Source of the DNA: Candidatus Multivoradales bacterium
Lineage (GTDB): Bacteria; Acidobacteriota; Thermoanaerobaculia; Multivoradales; Multivoraceae
NCBI GenBank assembly: GCA_965223325.1
Contig: CBDCWI010000001.1
Span: 288,001-352,000, forward strand
Reading direction: 5' to 3'
DNA: 64,000 nucleotides
Position 1 is the stretch's first letter, and every line of letters begins with the position of its first letter. The notes under the pieces are model-generated. The model worked only from the letters and a program-made list of their open reading frames with translations. It was not told the DNA's origin and searched no databases. Of the stretch, positions 51,414 through 60,379 are shown piece by piece. Both the position numbers and the translations under genes were made by a program.

Positions 51414-52970
51414 ATGAGGGTTAGACGTCTTGCAGCCGCTCTTCTTCGAGCCTCTCTGTTCCTGTCAGCGAGTGTCGCGATCCTGGTCGCCACTGGCCCC
51501 ACAGGGGCCGCGGAGAGTGAGCGCGGCGATGCCATTCGCATCCTGCCGATCCTCGACACGGGTGGCACACACCTCGAGGTGCGCACCCTGGTTCTCGACG
51601 CGGAGACCGCCACAGTGCACTTCACCCTCGACCGTGAGAAGGTCGGCCGAGCTGTTCGCCCGCCCTTCTCCGCCAAGGTCACTCCCGCGGTTCCCGCCCG
51701 CGCACAGCTGTTGCGCGTCGAGGCCCGCAACGGGTCAGGAGAAGTGCTCGGCTGGGATGAAACGACCCTTCGACCACCGCCACGACCCTTTCGAGCGGAG
51801 GTCACGGGAATCGATGCAACCGAGGGCGGCGATCGGGTCACCGCCCGGGTAACCGTGCCACGTAACGCAGAGCTCTCTGAAGTGGCGTTTCGACTGCGCG
51901 ATGAACCCATCGAGGTCATCTCCAGCGAGCAACTCAGCGTGGGGCCGGAAGGCGTAGCGACCGCGGGGACCTTGATCCCACCGGGCGAGCGTGCGGCTGA
52001 CGACTGGGTCCAGGTCGAGGCCACTCTCGCCGACGGTCGCAAGGTCGAAGACGTGGAGCTCTTGTCGGCGACACAGTTCGAGGACCGCCTGGACGTCCAT
52101 CTCGTGCAACTCCAGGCGCTGGTGCTCGACAGGCGCGATCTACCTGTTCTCGGCCTCGAGAAGACGGACTTCGCGCTGCGCGGCAAGAACATGCCACCGA
52201 TCGACAGCGTGCGACCCGCCGAAGCGGTGCGGCTGGTTCTCGGTCTCTCGGTCGACTCCTCGGGCAGCATGCAACGCATCTGGCCGGCCACCCGGGAGGC
52301 CGCGACGAAGTTCCTCGGCAAGACGCTGCGCGCTGGTGATCGTGGTTTCCTGGTCGACTTCGACTCGGGCCTCCGCCTGGTGCAAGAAACCACCGACGAC
52401 CGCGTGGCGCTCGAGAGCGCGCTCGAACAGCTCGAGCCCGAGGGTGGCACCGCTCTCTACGACTCGATTCTCTTCTCACTCCTCCAGTTCGAGAATCAAC
52501 CCGGCCGGCGCGGCCTGGTGGTGATCACTGATGGCGTCGACGGCGCGAGTCGGGCGGCGCCGCAGCAAACCGTCGAACTGGCGCAACAGATGGGCGTGCC
52601 CATCTATGTCCTCGTGCTCCGCCAGGGTGGTGCCGCCGGGGCCGGTCCACCAGGAGGTAGCCGACCGGGGGGACCACAGCGCGGCACGCCCGGTAGCGGC
52701 CCTGGGCCGGGCGGCTATGCCGCCGAGTTTCAGGCAGCGATCCAGGAACTCCACCTGTTCACCGAGCCAACCGGCGGCCGGCTGTTTCGAGTCGGCTCAC
52801 CGGCCCAGGTAGAAGACGCCCTCGAACAGATTCGCCTCGAACTGCGCGCCCAATACCTCCTGACCTACTACGCCACCGAACGACCAGAACCGGGTCGCGT
52901 TCCAAAGGTTCAGGTACCGGACCGCAAGGTCAAAGTGCGCACCACCTATGCGGCTGATCAAACGCAGTAG
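51414..52970 (+). CDS. VWA domain-containing secreted protein (acidobacterial VWFA type)
   Basis: MIDAS DSSGSM, GGTALYD, VVITDG, TGG, LRAQYLLTY. Confidence 0.9.
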   Translation: MRVRRLAAALLRASLFLSASVAILVATGPTGAAESERGDAIRILPILDTGGTHLEVRTLVLDAETATVHFTLDREKVGRAVRPPFSAKVTPAVPARAQLLRVEARNGSGEVLGWDETTLRPPPRPFRAEVTGIDATEGGDRVTARVTVPRNAELSEVAFRLRDEPIEVISSEQLSVGPEGVATAGTLIPPGERAADDWVQVEATLADGRKVEDVELLSATQFEDRLDVHLVQLQALVLDRRDLPVLGLEKTDFALRGKNMPPIDSVRPAEAVRLVLGLSVDSSGSMQRIWPATREAATKFLGKTLRAGDRGFLVDFDSGLRLVQETTDDRVALESALEQLEPEGGTALYDSILFSLLQFENQPGRRGLVVITDGVDGASRAAPQQTVELAQQMGVPIYVLVLRQGGAAGAGPPGGSRPGGPQRGTPGSGPGPGGYAAEFQAAIQELHLFTEPTGGRLFRVGSPAQVEDALEQIRLELRAQYLLTYYATERPEPGRVPKVQVPDRKVKVRTTYAADQTQ

Positions 52971-52989
52971 GCAACGGCCTACCCAGCTA

Positions 52990-54270
52990 CTAGAACGACC
53001 AGCGACCGGCAGCCCACAACGTGAGCGGGACGGAACCGTACTCGCTGCCAGGCACCGGTGAACCGCCTCCGGTGAACCGCAGATCATCATCGCCGGCCCC
53101 GACGTTGGCTCCGAAGAGCACGCTGGTGTTGTCGCTCGTCGACCACTCGCCCGAAAGCTGTAGCAGAACCGAGTCGTCGCGCAGGTTCCCCAACAACGAC
53201 GACGACAGGCGAACCAACGGATGCGCCTGCCAGCCGAGTCCGGAGGCGGCATAGAGCGCTCCCGGCGATGTCACTTCACCGCGCCGGAACCGATCGCTGG
53301 TGGCCACGGCGACGTAGCCCGCCGGGTCACTCACTCCAAAGCCGTTCCAGTGCACTTCGCTGGTCCACGACCAGTACGCGCTGAGCTGGCGGTCGTGGCC
53401 GATCGTCGCGCGCACGAAGGAGCGATGGTCTGGGTCGGTCAGGTCGCTCTCGTCCGGGTCGGTATAGGCGACCTCGGTGCGCAACAGCGAGCCCGCCACA
53501 TCGGCGGTCAGGAAGAGCCCAACGACCAGATCGTCCTGGAAGCTCCCCAGCATGCCACCCCAGTCGAAACGCCCGCTGTGGAAACGTGCCAAGGCCGCCA
53601 GCGACCCCGCCTCGGGAAGTTCCTCGCCGTGCGCCGCGGCGATGACCTCGATCTCCGAGAAGTCGCCCGTCGCGATCGTCGCGCGCAGCGCATCGACCCC
53701 GGGTTTGTAGTCTCGGTCGATGCGCTGGGGTGCGAACGGTGCGAACAGATCGAGCACCGGCCAGAAGTAGTTGACCCCCCAGGTCACCGCTTGCCGACCG
53801 AGGGTCAGGCGGTAGCGCGGCCGCTCCAGGCGAACGTTGAACCGATCGACGGACAGCACGCCGAGGGCATCGGACTCCTCGAGGACAGTATGGTCGAGAT
53901 CGATGGCGTGGCGGGTGCCGCCGGTCACCGTGGAACGGCCGCCATCGAACCCACGCCGGGCACTGATGCCCTCGGCGAAGGTGGCATCGAAGAGACCGTG
54001 CGCTTCGAACGACCAGCCGCGACCCAGAGAGTCGATCGCATCACGTTCGTAGCGCAAGCGAAAGAGCACAAGCTCCAGGTCTTCGCCAGAACCCGGTTGA
54101 TTCTCGGTGCTCTGAAAGACGTAGGCCCGCAGGTCGCCGCCCACCAGCGTTGAGACCTCCGTCGGTTCCTCGGCGCCCACCGAGGTGGCACAGAGGCCCA
54201 ACAGGAGCGCGACGACAGGCGCCGCCCAGGGAACTCTACGAGCGGCGGGTGTCAGACTCGATACGACCAT
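52990..54270 (-). CDS. Putative outer-membrane beta-barrel protein
   Basis: Signal peptide, DRFNV...LGRQAVTWG...DLFAPF...GVDALR, C-terminal WSF. Confidence 0.8.
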   Translation of the reverse strand: MVVSSLTPAARRVPWAAPVVALLLGLCATSVGAEEPTEVSTLVGGDLRAYVFQSTENQPGSGEDLELVLFRLRYERDAIDSLGRGWSFEAHGLFDATFAEGISARRGFDGGRSTVTGGTRHAIDLDHTVLEESDALGVLSVDRFNVRLERPRYRLTLGRQAVTWGVNYFWPVLDLFAPFAPQRIDRDYKPGVDALRATIATGDFSEIEVIAAAHGEELPEAGSLAALARFHSGRFDWGGMLGSFQDDLVVGLFLTADVAGSLLRTEVAYTDPDESDLTDPDHRSFVRATIGHDRQLSAYWSWTSEVHWNGFGVSDPAGYVAVATSDRFRRGEVTSPGALYAASGLGWQAHPLVRLSSSLLGNLRDDSVLLQLSGEWSTSDNTSVLFGANVGAGDDDLRFTGGGSPVPGSEYGSVPLTLWAAGRWSF

Positions 54271-54970
54271 CGACCATCTTCAGAATGCGACCCGCGCGCT
54301 CCATGACCCGGGGATCATGGGTCGAGAACAAGAAGGTCACGCCGTGCTCCCGGTTGAGGGTCTGCATCAGGTCGAGAAGGGCAATCGCAGTCTCCGAGTC
54401 GACGTTCGCGGTCGGCTCGTCGGCCAGGACCAGAGCCGGCTCCGCGGCGATCGCCCGTGCGATCGCCACCCGCTGCTGCTGGCCACCCGAGAGCTCGTTG
54501 GGTTTGCGGTCCTCGAGCCCTTCGAGCCCCACCTTTGCCAGAAGGCCTAGAACTCGCGCGCGGCGCTCCTCTTTCGACTGGCCCTGCACCCACATCACCA
54601 TCTCGGCGTTCTCATAGGCGGTGAGAACCGGCATCAGGTTGTAGGCCTGGAAGACGAAGCCAATGCGGTCGCGCCGGAGCCAGCTGAGCTCGCGCCGCGA
54701 AAGCCCGGTCAGGTCCTGGCCTTCGAAGACGATCCGTCCCGAGGTTGGCCGGTCGAGCGCACCGATGAGATTGAGTGTGGTTGTCTTGCCCGAGCCCGAA
54801 GGCCCGCAGAGAGCGCTGAACTCTCCCGGCTGAATGTCGAGCGTTACCCCGCGCACGGCGGGTACCAGGACCTTGCCGCGACGGTAGGTGCGCACGACGT
54901 CGTGGAGCTCGATGATCGGCACATCGTGTGCCGCTGGTTGAGTCGCTTCCTGGGTCGCAGGTTTGTTCAT
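54236..54970 (-). CDS. ABC transporter ATP-binding protein (LolD-like)
   Basis: GPSGSGKT, IGFVFQ, LSGGQQQR, LADEPT, STHD. Confidence 0.95.
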   Translation of the reverse strand: MNKPATQEATQPAAHDVPIIELHDVVRTYRRGKVLVPAVRGVTLDIQPGEFSALCGPSGSGKTTTLNLIGALDRPTSGRIVFEGQDLTGLSRRELSWLRRDRIGFVFQAYNLMPVLTAYENAEMVMWVQGQSKEERRARVLGLLAKVGLEGLEDRKPNELSGGQQQRVAIARAIAAEPALVLADEPTANVDSETAIALLDLMQTLNREHGVTFLFSTHDPRVMERAGRILKMVDGRIESDTRRS

Positions 54971-55019
54971 GAGACGTCTCTCGGGTTCTTTTGCAGTCAA
55001 GCTTCAGATCGGGTCCAGT

Positions 55020-56276
55020 TCACACGATGCGAAGGGTTTCCGCCGGGTCGACGCGTCCCGCGCGCCAGGCCGGATAGAGCCCGCTGGCGAGAACCGCCAG
55101 AAGCGCTGCGAGAACGATCAGGGCCAGGCTCTGCGGATAGATCCCGACCTTGAGGGCGGTCGGCATGGCAATACCCGAGATGTCGACACCGTCTTCCATA
55201 CCGACCATCGCCGAGATGTCGATGCCATGTATTGAAAGGTAGCGGTACGGCAGGAACGTCACCATGGCACTCGCCGCCAGGCCCACCATCGCCAGCCAGG
55301 CGCTTTCGAGCATCACCAGTTGGAAGAGCTTGCCCGGTGCCCAGCCGATCGCCCGCATGATCCCGAACTCGCGCAACCGCTCCATGACGCTCACGAACAG
55401 CGTGTTGAAGATGCCCGCCGCCACCAAAACGGCGATCAGAATCGAGCTCGCGATGCCGCCACCGACCTTCGCCGCCACGAAGCTCGCCAGGCCGGGCTGC
55501 ATCTCTTTCCAGGTCGAAGCAGAGGCCGCCATTGGCAGGTCGCGGCCCAACCGCTCGGCCACCGCAGCGCTTCGCCGATGGTCGCCCAGAAACACCGCCA
55601 ACTGGCTCGCTTCGTCGGCGTCGTAGCCGAGTACCTCGCGCACCGCATCGATCGGCAAGAGGCAGAAGCCGGCGTCGACTCCCGGCGAACCGGTCGCCAC
55701 AATGCCCGAAAGGCGCGCCAGCCCGCTGGTGATCTCGCCGCTCTTGTCCGACAGGGTATAGACCACCCGATCGCCGAGCTCGACGTCAAGGCGTTCTGCC
55801 AGGTCGCGGCCCAACAAAATGCCGCCATCGCTGGCACTCTCGAAAGCTTCCCCCTCGGCAAGCGCGTCGAGAATCGCCAGGGTCCCGGCATCCTCGAGGC
55901 TCGGGTCGTAGGCAATGAACCCGGCCCCCTGGCTCTCGGCGGCGGTCGCCAACATGGTCTCGCCAGAGATGCGCGGTGTGGCGTTCTCGACCTCGGCGTC
56001 GGCGAGGACCTGCCGACGAAGCGCAGTCACCTGCTCGACGGTCAACGCGAGACTCGGAGCATCGAGCGCCTCGCTGTGGCGCACCGTTACGTGACCGGCA
56101 CCCATGCGCGCCGCGAGGTCGATCATGTCGGCCCAGTTACGGTCTTGCATCGCAGCGGTGAGAACCGCCAGAAACACGCCGAAGACAATCGACACCAAGG
56201 TGATCGCGGTCCGACGGCGGTTGCGCCACAGGTTGCGCCACGCGAGAACGATCATGCTGCTTCCGTTCCTAGCCAT
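55020..56276 (-). CDS. ABC transporter permease (LolC/E, FtsX type)
   Basis: LAWRNLWRNRRRT, ERLREFGIMRAIG, YPAWRA. Confidence 0.93.
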   Translation of the reverse strand: MARNGSSMIVLAWRNLWRNRRRTAITLVSIVFGVFLAVLTAAMQDRNWADMIDLAARMGAGHVTVRHSEALDAPSLALTVEQVTALRRQVLADAEVENATPRISGETMLATAAESQGAGFIAYDPSLEDAGTLAILDALAEGEAFESASDGGILLGRDLAERLDVELGDRVVYTLSDKSGEITSGLARLSGIVATGSPGVDAGFCLLPIDAVREVLGYDADEASQLAVFLGDHRRSAAVAERLGRDLPMAASASTWKEMQPGLASFVAAKVGGGIASSILIAVLVAAGIFNTLFVSVMERLREFGIMRAIGWAPGKLFQLVMLESAWLAMVGLAASAMVTFLPYRYLSIHGIDISAMVGMEDGVDISGIAMPTALKVGIYPQSLALIVLAALLAVLASGLYPAWRAGRVDPAETLRIV

Positions 56277-56306
56277 GGGAACTCCTTTCCGGTTCGGGCC
56301 AACCCG

Positions 56307-57554
56307 TTACTGATAGCGCATTGCCTCTACGGGTGAAATGCGCGCCGCCTTGAGGCCGGGGTAGAGAATCGCAACAAACACCAGGAAGAGCAGCGCCAGA
56401 ACTGGCGCGACGAACGTCACGGCGTTCGTCACCGGGAACCACAGCGCCTCCAGTCTCACCCCTTCGAACGAGAAGTCCATCAACCCGCTGACATCTAGCC
56501 CTTTGCGCGCGTAGTGGAGGCAGAGAGGGACCGCCAGGGCGAGGCCAAGGCCAATCGCCACGAAGGTCTGCAGGAGGCCTTCTAGAAAGATCATGCGCAG
56601 GAGCTGACTCGGAGACACCCCGATCGCCTTCATGACCCCGAGCTCACGAATGCGTTCGAAGACCGCCATCAGCATGGCGTTCAAGATCAAGATCGCAATC
56701 GCGAAGTAGATGACGGCATAGGCAATCGCCATCGCCTGAGTGGTGGTGTCGAGATAGGTGGCCAGGGTGGGAGCAAGGCGTCGCCAGTTGCGCACCTCGA
56801 GGCCGTCTTCGGTTGCAGAAAAAGCCCGCGACGCTCCCGCGATGCGCGAGATCAGAGCGGTTGCCTCTTCGAGATCGGAGCCAGGAGGCCTACGCACCAC
56901 GAGGCGATGCGCGCCCTCTTCGAGCCAGAAGAAGTCGCGAAACGCTGGGGCCGGCAAGAAGACACCGGCACGGTCGATGCCGTCGCTGACCAGTTCGAGG
57001 ATTCCTCGCACCGTGTACAACTCATTGGCGGTACTGCCATCGGTCGCCTGACCGAGGAGGATGAGCTCGTCACCGACGGTGAGCTCGAGCTTCCTGGCGA
57101 GGCGCGAACCGATGACCGCTCCCATCGGATCGTCGGGAGAGAGCCAGGCGCCCGCTTCGGTGCGCTCACCGATCGTCGAGACCGACGCGTCGCGGACGAG
57201 ATCGATGCCGGTGACCATCGCCCCAGCCGAGGTCGTTTGCGAGGCCGCCAGAGCGCCACCCAGAAGCCGCGGGGACACCCGGTAACCGGCGCTCTCGAGC
57301 TCTCTGGTCAGGCCATCGGGTTCGGCGATGACGGTGTAGAGCGACGGACGCTCACGGTAGTCGCTGGCATGAATCTGAACGTCACCCATCTCGACCTCGA
57401 GAATGGTGTTCTCGAGGTCGCGCAGCATACCCTGCATGAAGCCGGTCCACAGCACCATGACGAACAGCGCCAGAGTCATCGCCGCGATGGTCACCAGCGA
57501 GCGCCGCGTGTTGCGCCACACATTGCGCCACGCCATCTGCATCAGGCGAATCAT
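56307..57554 (-). CDS. ABC transporter permease (LolC/E, FtsX type)
   Basis: MAWRNVWRNTRRS, ERIRELGVMKAIG, YPGLKAARISPVEAMR. Confidence 0.93.
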   Translation of the reverse strand: MIRLMQMAWRNVWRNTRRSLVTIAAMTLALFVMVLWTGFMQGMLRDLENTILEVEMGDVQIHASDYRERPSLYTVIAEPDGLTRELESAGYRVSPRLLGGALAASQTTSAGAMVTGIDLVRDASVSTIGERTEAGAWLSPDDPMGAVIGSRLARKLELTVGDELILLGQATDGSTANELYTVRGILELVSDGIDRAGVFLPAPAFRDFFWLEEGAHRLVVRRPPGSDLEEATALISRIAGASRAFSATEDGLEVRNWRRLAPTLATYLDTTTQAMAIAYAVIYFAIAILILNAMLMAVFERIRELGVMKAIGVSPSQLLRMIFLEGLLQTFVAIGLGLALAVPLCLHYARKGLDVSGLMDFSFEGVRLEALWFPVTNAVTFVAPVLALLFLVFVAILYPGLKAARISPVEAMRYQ

Positions 57555-58327
57555 CGTTTGAGCGCTTGCAAGGTGAAGGTCCGCGGCGGCAGATCGACAT
57601 CGAACTCGAGCTCCTCGTAGACGATCTCGGTGTACTCCCCGGAGCCGTCGGCGGGCTCGACCCGGGTTTGCCGGGGCAGCCGACGGCCGCCGAAGTCCCG
57701 GATGTCGCTGTAGGTCATGGTGCGCCTCAACGCACCGTCTTCGCCAAAGAACCGCGTCGCTCGAATGAGCTCATCGCTGGCGGCAATCTCGAGCTCGACC
57801 TTGCCCCACACCACCGGCGCGTCCTCGTGCGGCACGCACGCGATGCGGTAGTTGCCGTCGTTCACTTGCGGTTGGAGGTCGTAGGTGCAGTCGTAGTCAT
57901 CCGCAAAACGCACCGCGCGCACCAGGTCGTCGTTGGTGATGTGACTGCCCATCCAACCGGCCGACATCATCGACGCAGGCACCCGAATGGTGCGGTCAAC
58001 CTTCGGCAGGTAGTTCCAGATGTCCTGGCCGACCTTGAGTGTCGCCGTGCCGCGTTCACGGGCCGGCGAAGTGATCTCGACCAGGGTTTTTTCCTGGCCC
58101 TGGGATGCCACCTTCATTGCGATCTCGCGCGTCCACCGCTTCGTCTTGACGGTCATGCGCATCGAGCCGCGGCTCGAGTCGCCGCGCGTCAGGTCGTCGA
58201 CACCATTGAGAAGGCGGTCGAGATCCGGCGGCTGTGCTGTGGCCGATGCGGCCAGCAGAGACCAGAGCACCAGCAGGCTCACGCCGCCGAGAAAGACCAG
58301 AATGGGGTGAGGGCTGTTCTTCTTCAT
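57551..58327 (-). CDS. LolA-like outer-membrane lipoprotein-sorting family protein
   Basis: DDLTRGDSS, PARERGTATLK, IWNYLPKVDR, WMGSHITNDDLV, FT..AL. Confidence 0.88.
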   Translation of the reverse strand: MKKNSPHPILVFLGGVSLLVLWSLLAASATAQPPDLDRLLNGVDDLTRGDSSRGSMRMTVKTKRWTREIAMKVASQGQEKTLVEITSPARERGTATLKVGQDIWNYLPKVDRTIRVPASMMSAGWMGSHITNDDLVRAVRFADDYDCTYDLQPQVNDGNYRIACVPHEDAPVVWGKVELEIAASDELIRATRFFGEDGALRRTMTYSDIRDFGGRRLPRQTRVEPADGSGEYTEIVYEELEFDVDLPPRTFTLQALKR

Positions 58328-59025
58328 ACCGTGATCTCCGCGAGCGCCGGCCGTCGTTCCACGCACTCCGCGAGGAGCCCGTCGATCAGAACCGTGCTCC
58401 AGAGTTGGGCGAACCGGGGGACCGAGAGTCCGCCACGGGTTTCTTCCTTGACGAAGAATCCCGCAGCCTCCATAACCGCAATCAGAAGGGCCGCCCGCTC
58501 TTCGAGTTCACTCTCTTCGAATCGCCCCGGCGCCGCCTCCTGGAGGAGGACCGTCAGGAACTGAAGACGCGCCCGGCGACTCTGCTCGACGAGGTCTGGA
58601 TCGAGCTCGTCGATCACCATCGAAACCTCGCGATCGCCAGACAAGAGGCGCGATGTGATGGGCATCTCGGAGGCCATCTCGACAACGCAGGCGACATAGA
58701 CGCGCAAGCGCTCGACAGGATCGAGCTGTGGCGAAAAAGCCGGGCGTATGCGGCCGAGGTAGCGCCCCTTTTCTTCAACGACCGCCTGCATCAAGAGGTC
58801 TGCCTTGGAGGTGAAATGCAGGTAGACCGTGCCCTTGGCGACCTGGGCTCGCTCGGCAATCTCATCGACACTGGTCTTACGGTAGCCCCGCTGGACGAAG
58901 AGCTCGGTGGCAGAAGCGAGAATGCGGACCGCTTTGGGGGAGCGACCCTCTTCGCCTGGCTTGGCAATCAGCGAGGCTGCAGCGACGTCGAACGCCTCTC
59001 GTAGATCGTCGAAAGAAACCGGCAT
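58324..59025 (-). CDS. TetR/AcrR family transcriptional regulator
   Basis: ILASATELFVQRGYRKTSVDEIAERAQVAKGTVYLHFTSKADL. Confidence 0.95.
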   Translation of the reverse strand: MPVSFDDLREAFDVAAASLIAKPGEEGRSPKAVRILASATELFVQRGYRKTSVDEIAERAQVAKGTVYLHFTSKADLLMQAVVEEKGRYLGRIRPAFSPQLDPVERLRVYVACVVEMASEMPITSRLLSGDREVSMVIDELDPDLVEQSRRARLQFLTVLLQEAAPGRFEESELEERAALLIAVMEAAGFFVKEETRGGLSVPRFAQLWSTVLIDGLLAECVERRPALAEITV

Positions 59026-59026
59026 A

Positions 59027-59059
59027 TGACCATTTTGACCGTTTCAGTCATTTTGTCAA
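59027..59059 (-). promoter_or_regulatory. Promoter and nested palindromic operator of the tetR-led operon
   Basis: Minus strand reads TTGACA-N16-CAAAAT-N6-ATG. The plus strand reads TGAC-N5-TGAC-N7-GTCA-N4-GTCA. Confidence 0.7.
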
Positions 59060-59162
59060 GAGGCAACAAGAAGAAGCCAGAATCTCCCCCGTCGGACCCG
59101 ACCAGCCCATAGCATCGGGACCCAGGTTTCTTTCTACCCCCTCACCTCTCCCCGGGCTGTCG

Positions 59163-60314
59163 ATGTTCCTCCCCCTTCTCCTTCTAGTGCCCATGGCTTT
59201 TCTCGCGCTGGTCGCGTTTCTCCTCCTGCGCCGCTTCCTCGTCGGGCCGGACCTCTCCCAGTACGACCTACCAGCAACCGCACCAGCGACCAGCCGCACC
59301 GAACCGAGCCCCGAAGTCGAAGAGGTCGAAAACCTGCTCAGGCGACTCGGCGAAGAGATGGGGCCGCTCACCTCGCGCGGGCGCTTGAAGAGGGTACGCA
59401 AGCTCTTTGACGACGGCTTCGGCTTCACCAAGCCACCAGCCGAACTGGGGGTCGAGGTACGCGAGGTCTCGCTTCCCGGGAACCAACCCGAGGCCATCCG
59501 GGGCGAGTGGGTCATCGCGCCTGACTACGACCCGAAGCGGCGTCTCCTCTACCTGCACGGCGGAGCCTTCTTCATCGGCAGCCCGCGCAGCCATCGCGCG
59601 GTGACCTCGGCACTCGCCCGGCGCACCGGAACCGCGGTGTTCGCAGTCGACTACCGGCTGCTTCCCGAGGCGACCCGCAAGGCAGGCATCCGCGACTGCC
59701 AAGCGGCCTATCGTTGGTTCCTCGATAACGGGCCCGATGGTCCGGGACCGGCCGAAGAACTGTTCATCTCGGGCGACTCAGCGGGCGGCAACCTGGCGCT
59801 CATGCTGATCGCCTGGGCACGCAATCAGAACCTTCGAGCCGTGAACGCGGCGGCAGTGATCGCTCCCGCCACCGACGGTAGTCTCACCTCGCCGACCATT
59901 CGCGAGAACCTCGAGACCGACCTTCTCCTCGGCCGCCTGTTTCGACTGCTGCGCCTCTTCCCGCGCACTTTCGTGCTGTGGAACATCATGCTGCTCACCC
60001 GCATGCATCCCCGCAACCCGCTCCTTGCACCGCTCGAAGGAACTCTCTCGAACCTGCCGCCAACTCTCGTGCACGCGAGTGAATCCGAGATCTTGCTCGG
60101 CGACGCCCGCCGGTGGGTCAACAAGGCGCGCCAGGAGGGAACCGAGGCCACGCTCCAGACCTGGCCGGGCCTCCCCCACGTCTGGCACGTCTTCAACCCC
60201 CAGCTCCCTGAGGCCGACGAAGCGCTAGCGGAGATCGCCGCCTTCTTTGCCCGACACGGAAACCGCGAACAAGACGACCGCGACACCCCGACCCTCGCCA
60301 GCGCTTCGGCCTAG
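59163..60314 (+). CDS. Alpha/beta hydrolase, HSL-like esterase/lipase with N-terminal anchor
   Basis: HGGAF, DYRL.PE, GDSAGG, HVW. Confidence 0.92.
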   Translation: MFLPLLLLVPMAFLALVAFLLLRRFLVGPDLSQYDLPATAPATSRTEPSPEVEEVENLLRRLGEEMGPLTSRGRLKRVRKLFDDGFGFTKPPAELGVEVREVSLPGNQPEAIRGEWVIAPDYDPKRRLLYLHGGAFFIGSPRSHRAVTSALARRTGTAVFAVDYRLLPEATRKAGIRDCQAAYRWFLDNGPDGPGPAEELFISGDSAGGNLALMLIAWARNQNLRAVNAAAVIAPATDGSLTSPTIRENLETDLLLGRLFRLLRLFPRTFVLWNIMLLTRMHPRNPLLAPLEGTLSNLPPTLVHASESEILLGDARRWVNKARQEGTEATLQTWPGLPHVWHVFNPQLPEADEALAEIAAFFARHGNREQDDRDTPTLASASA

Positions 60315-60379
60315 GAGCCCAGTGGAGAGCGATCCCGTATAGTGGCGCGAACCCCCTTTGGTGCCATCAGGAGACTCTC

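Noticed and set aside
51287-52450. 387-aa antisense ORF
   Set aside because: It is a Ser/Arg-rich shadow of the VWA gene with no domain features.
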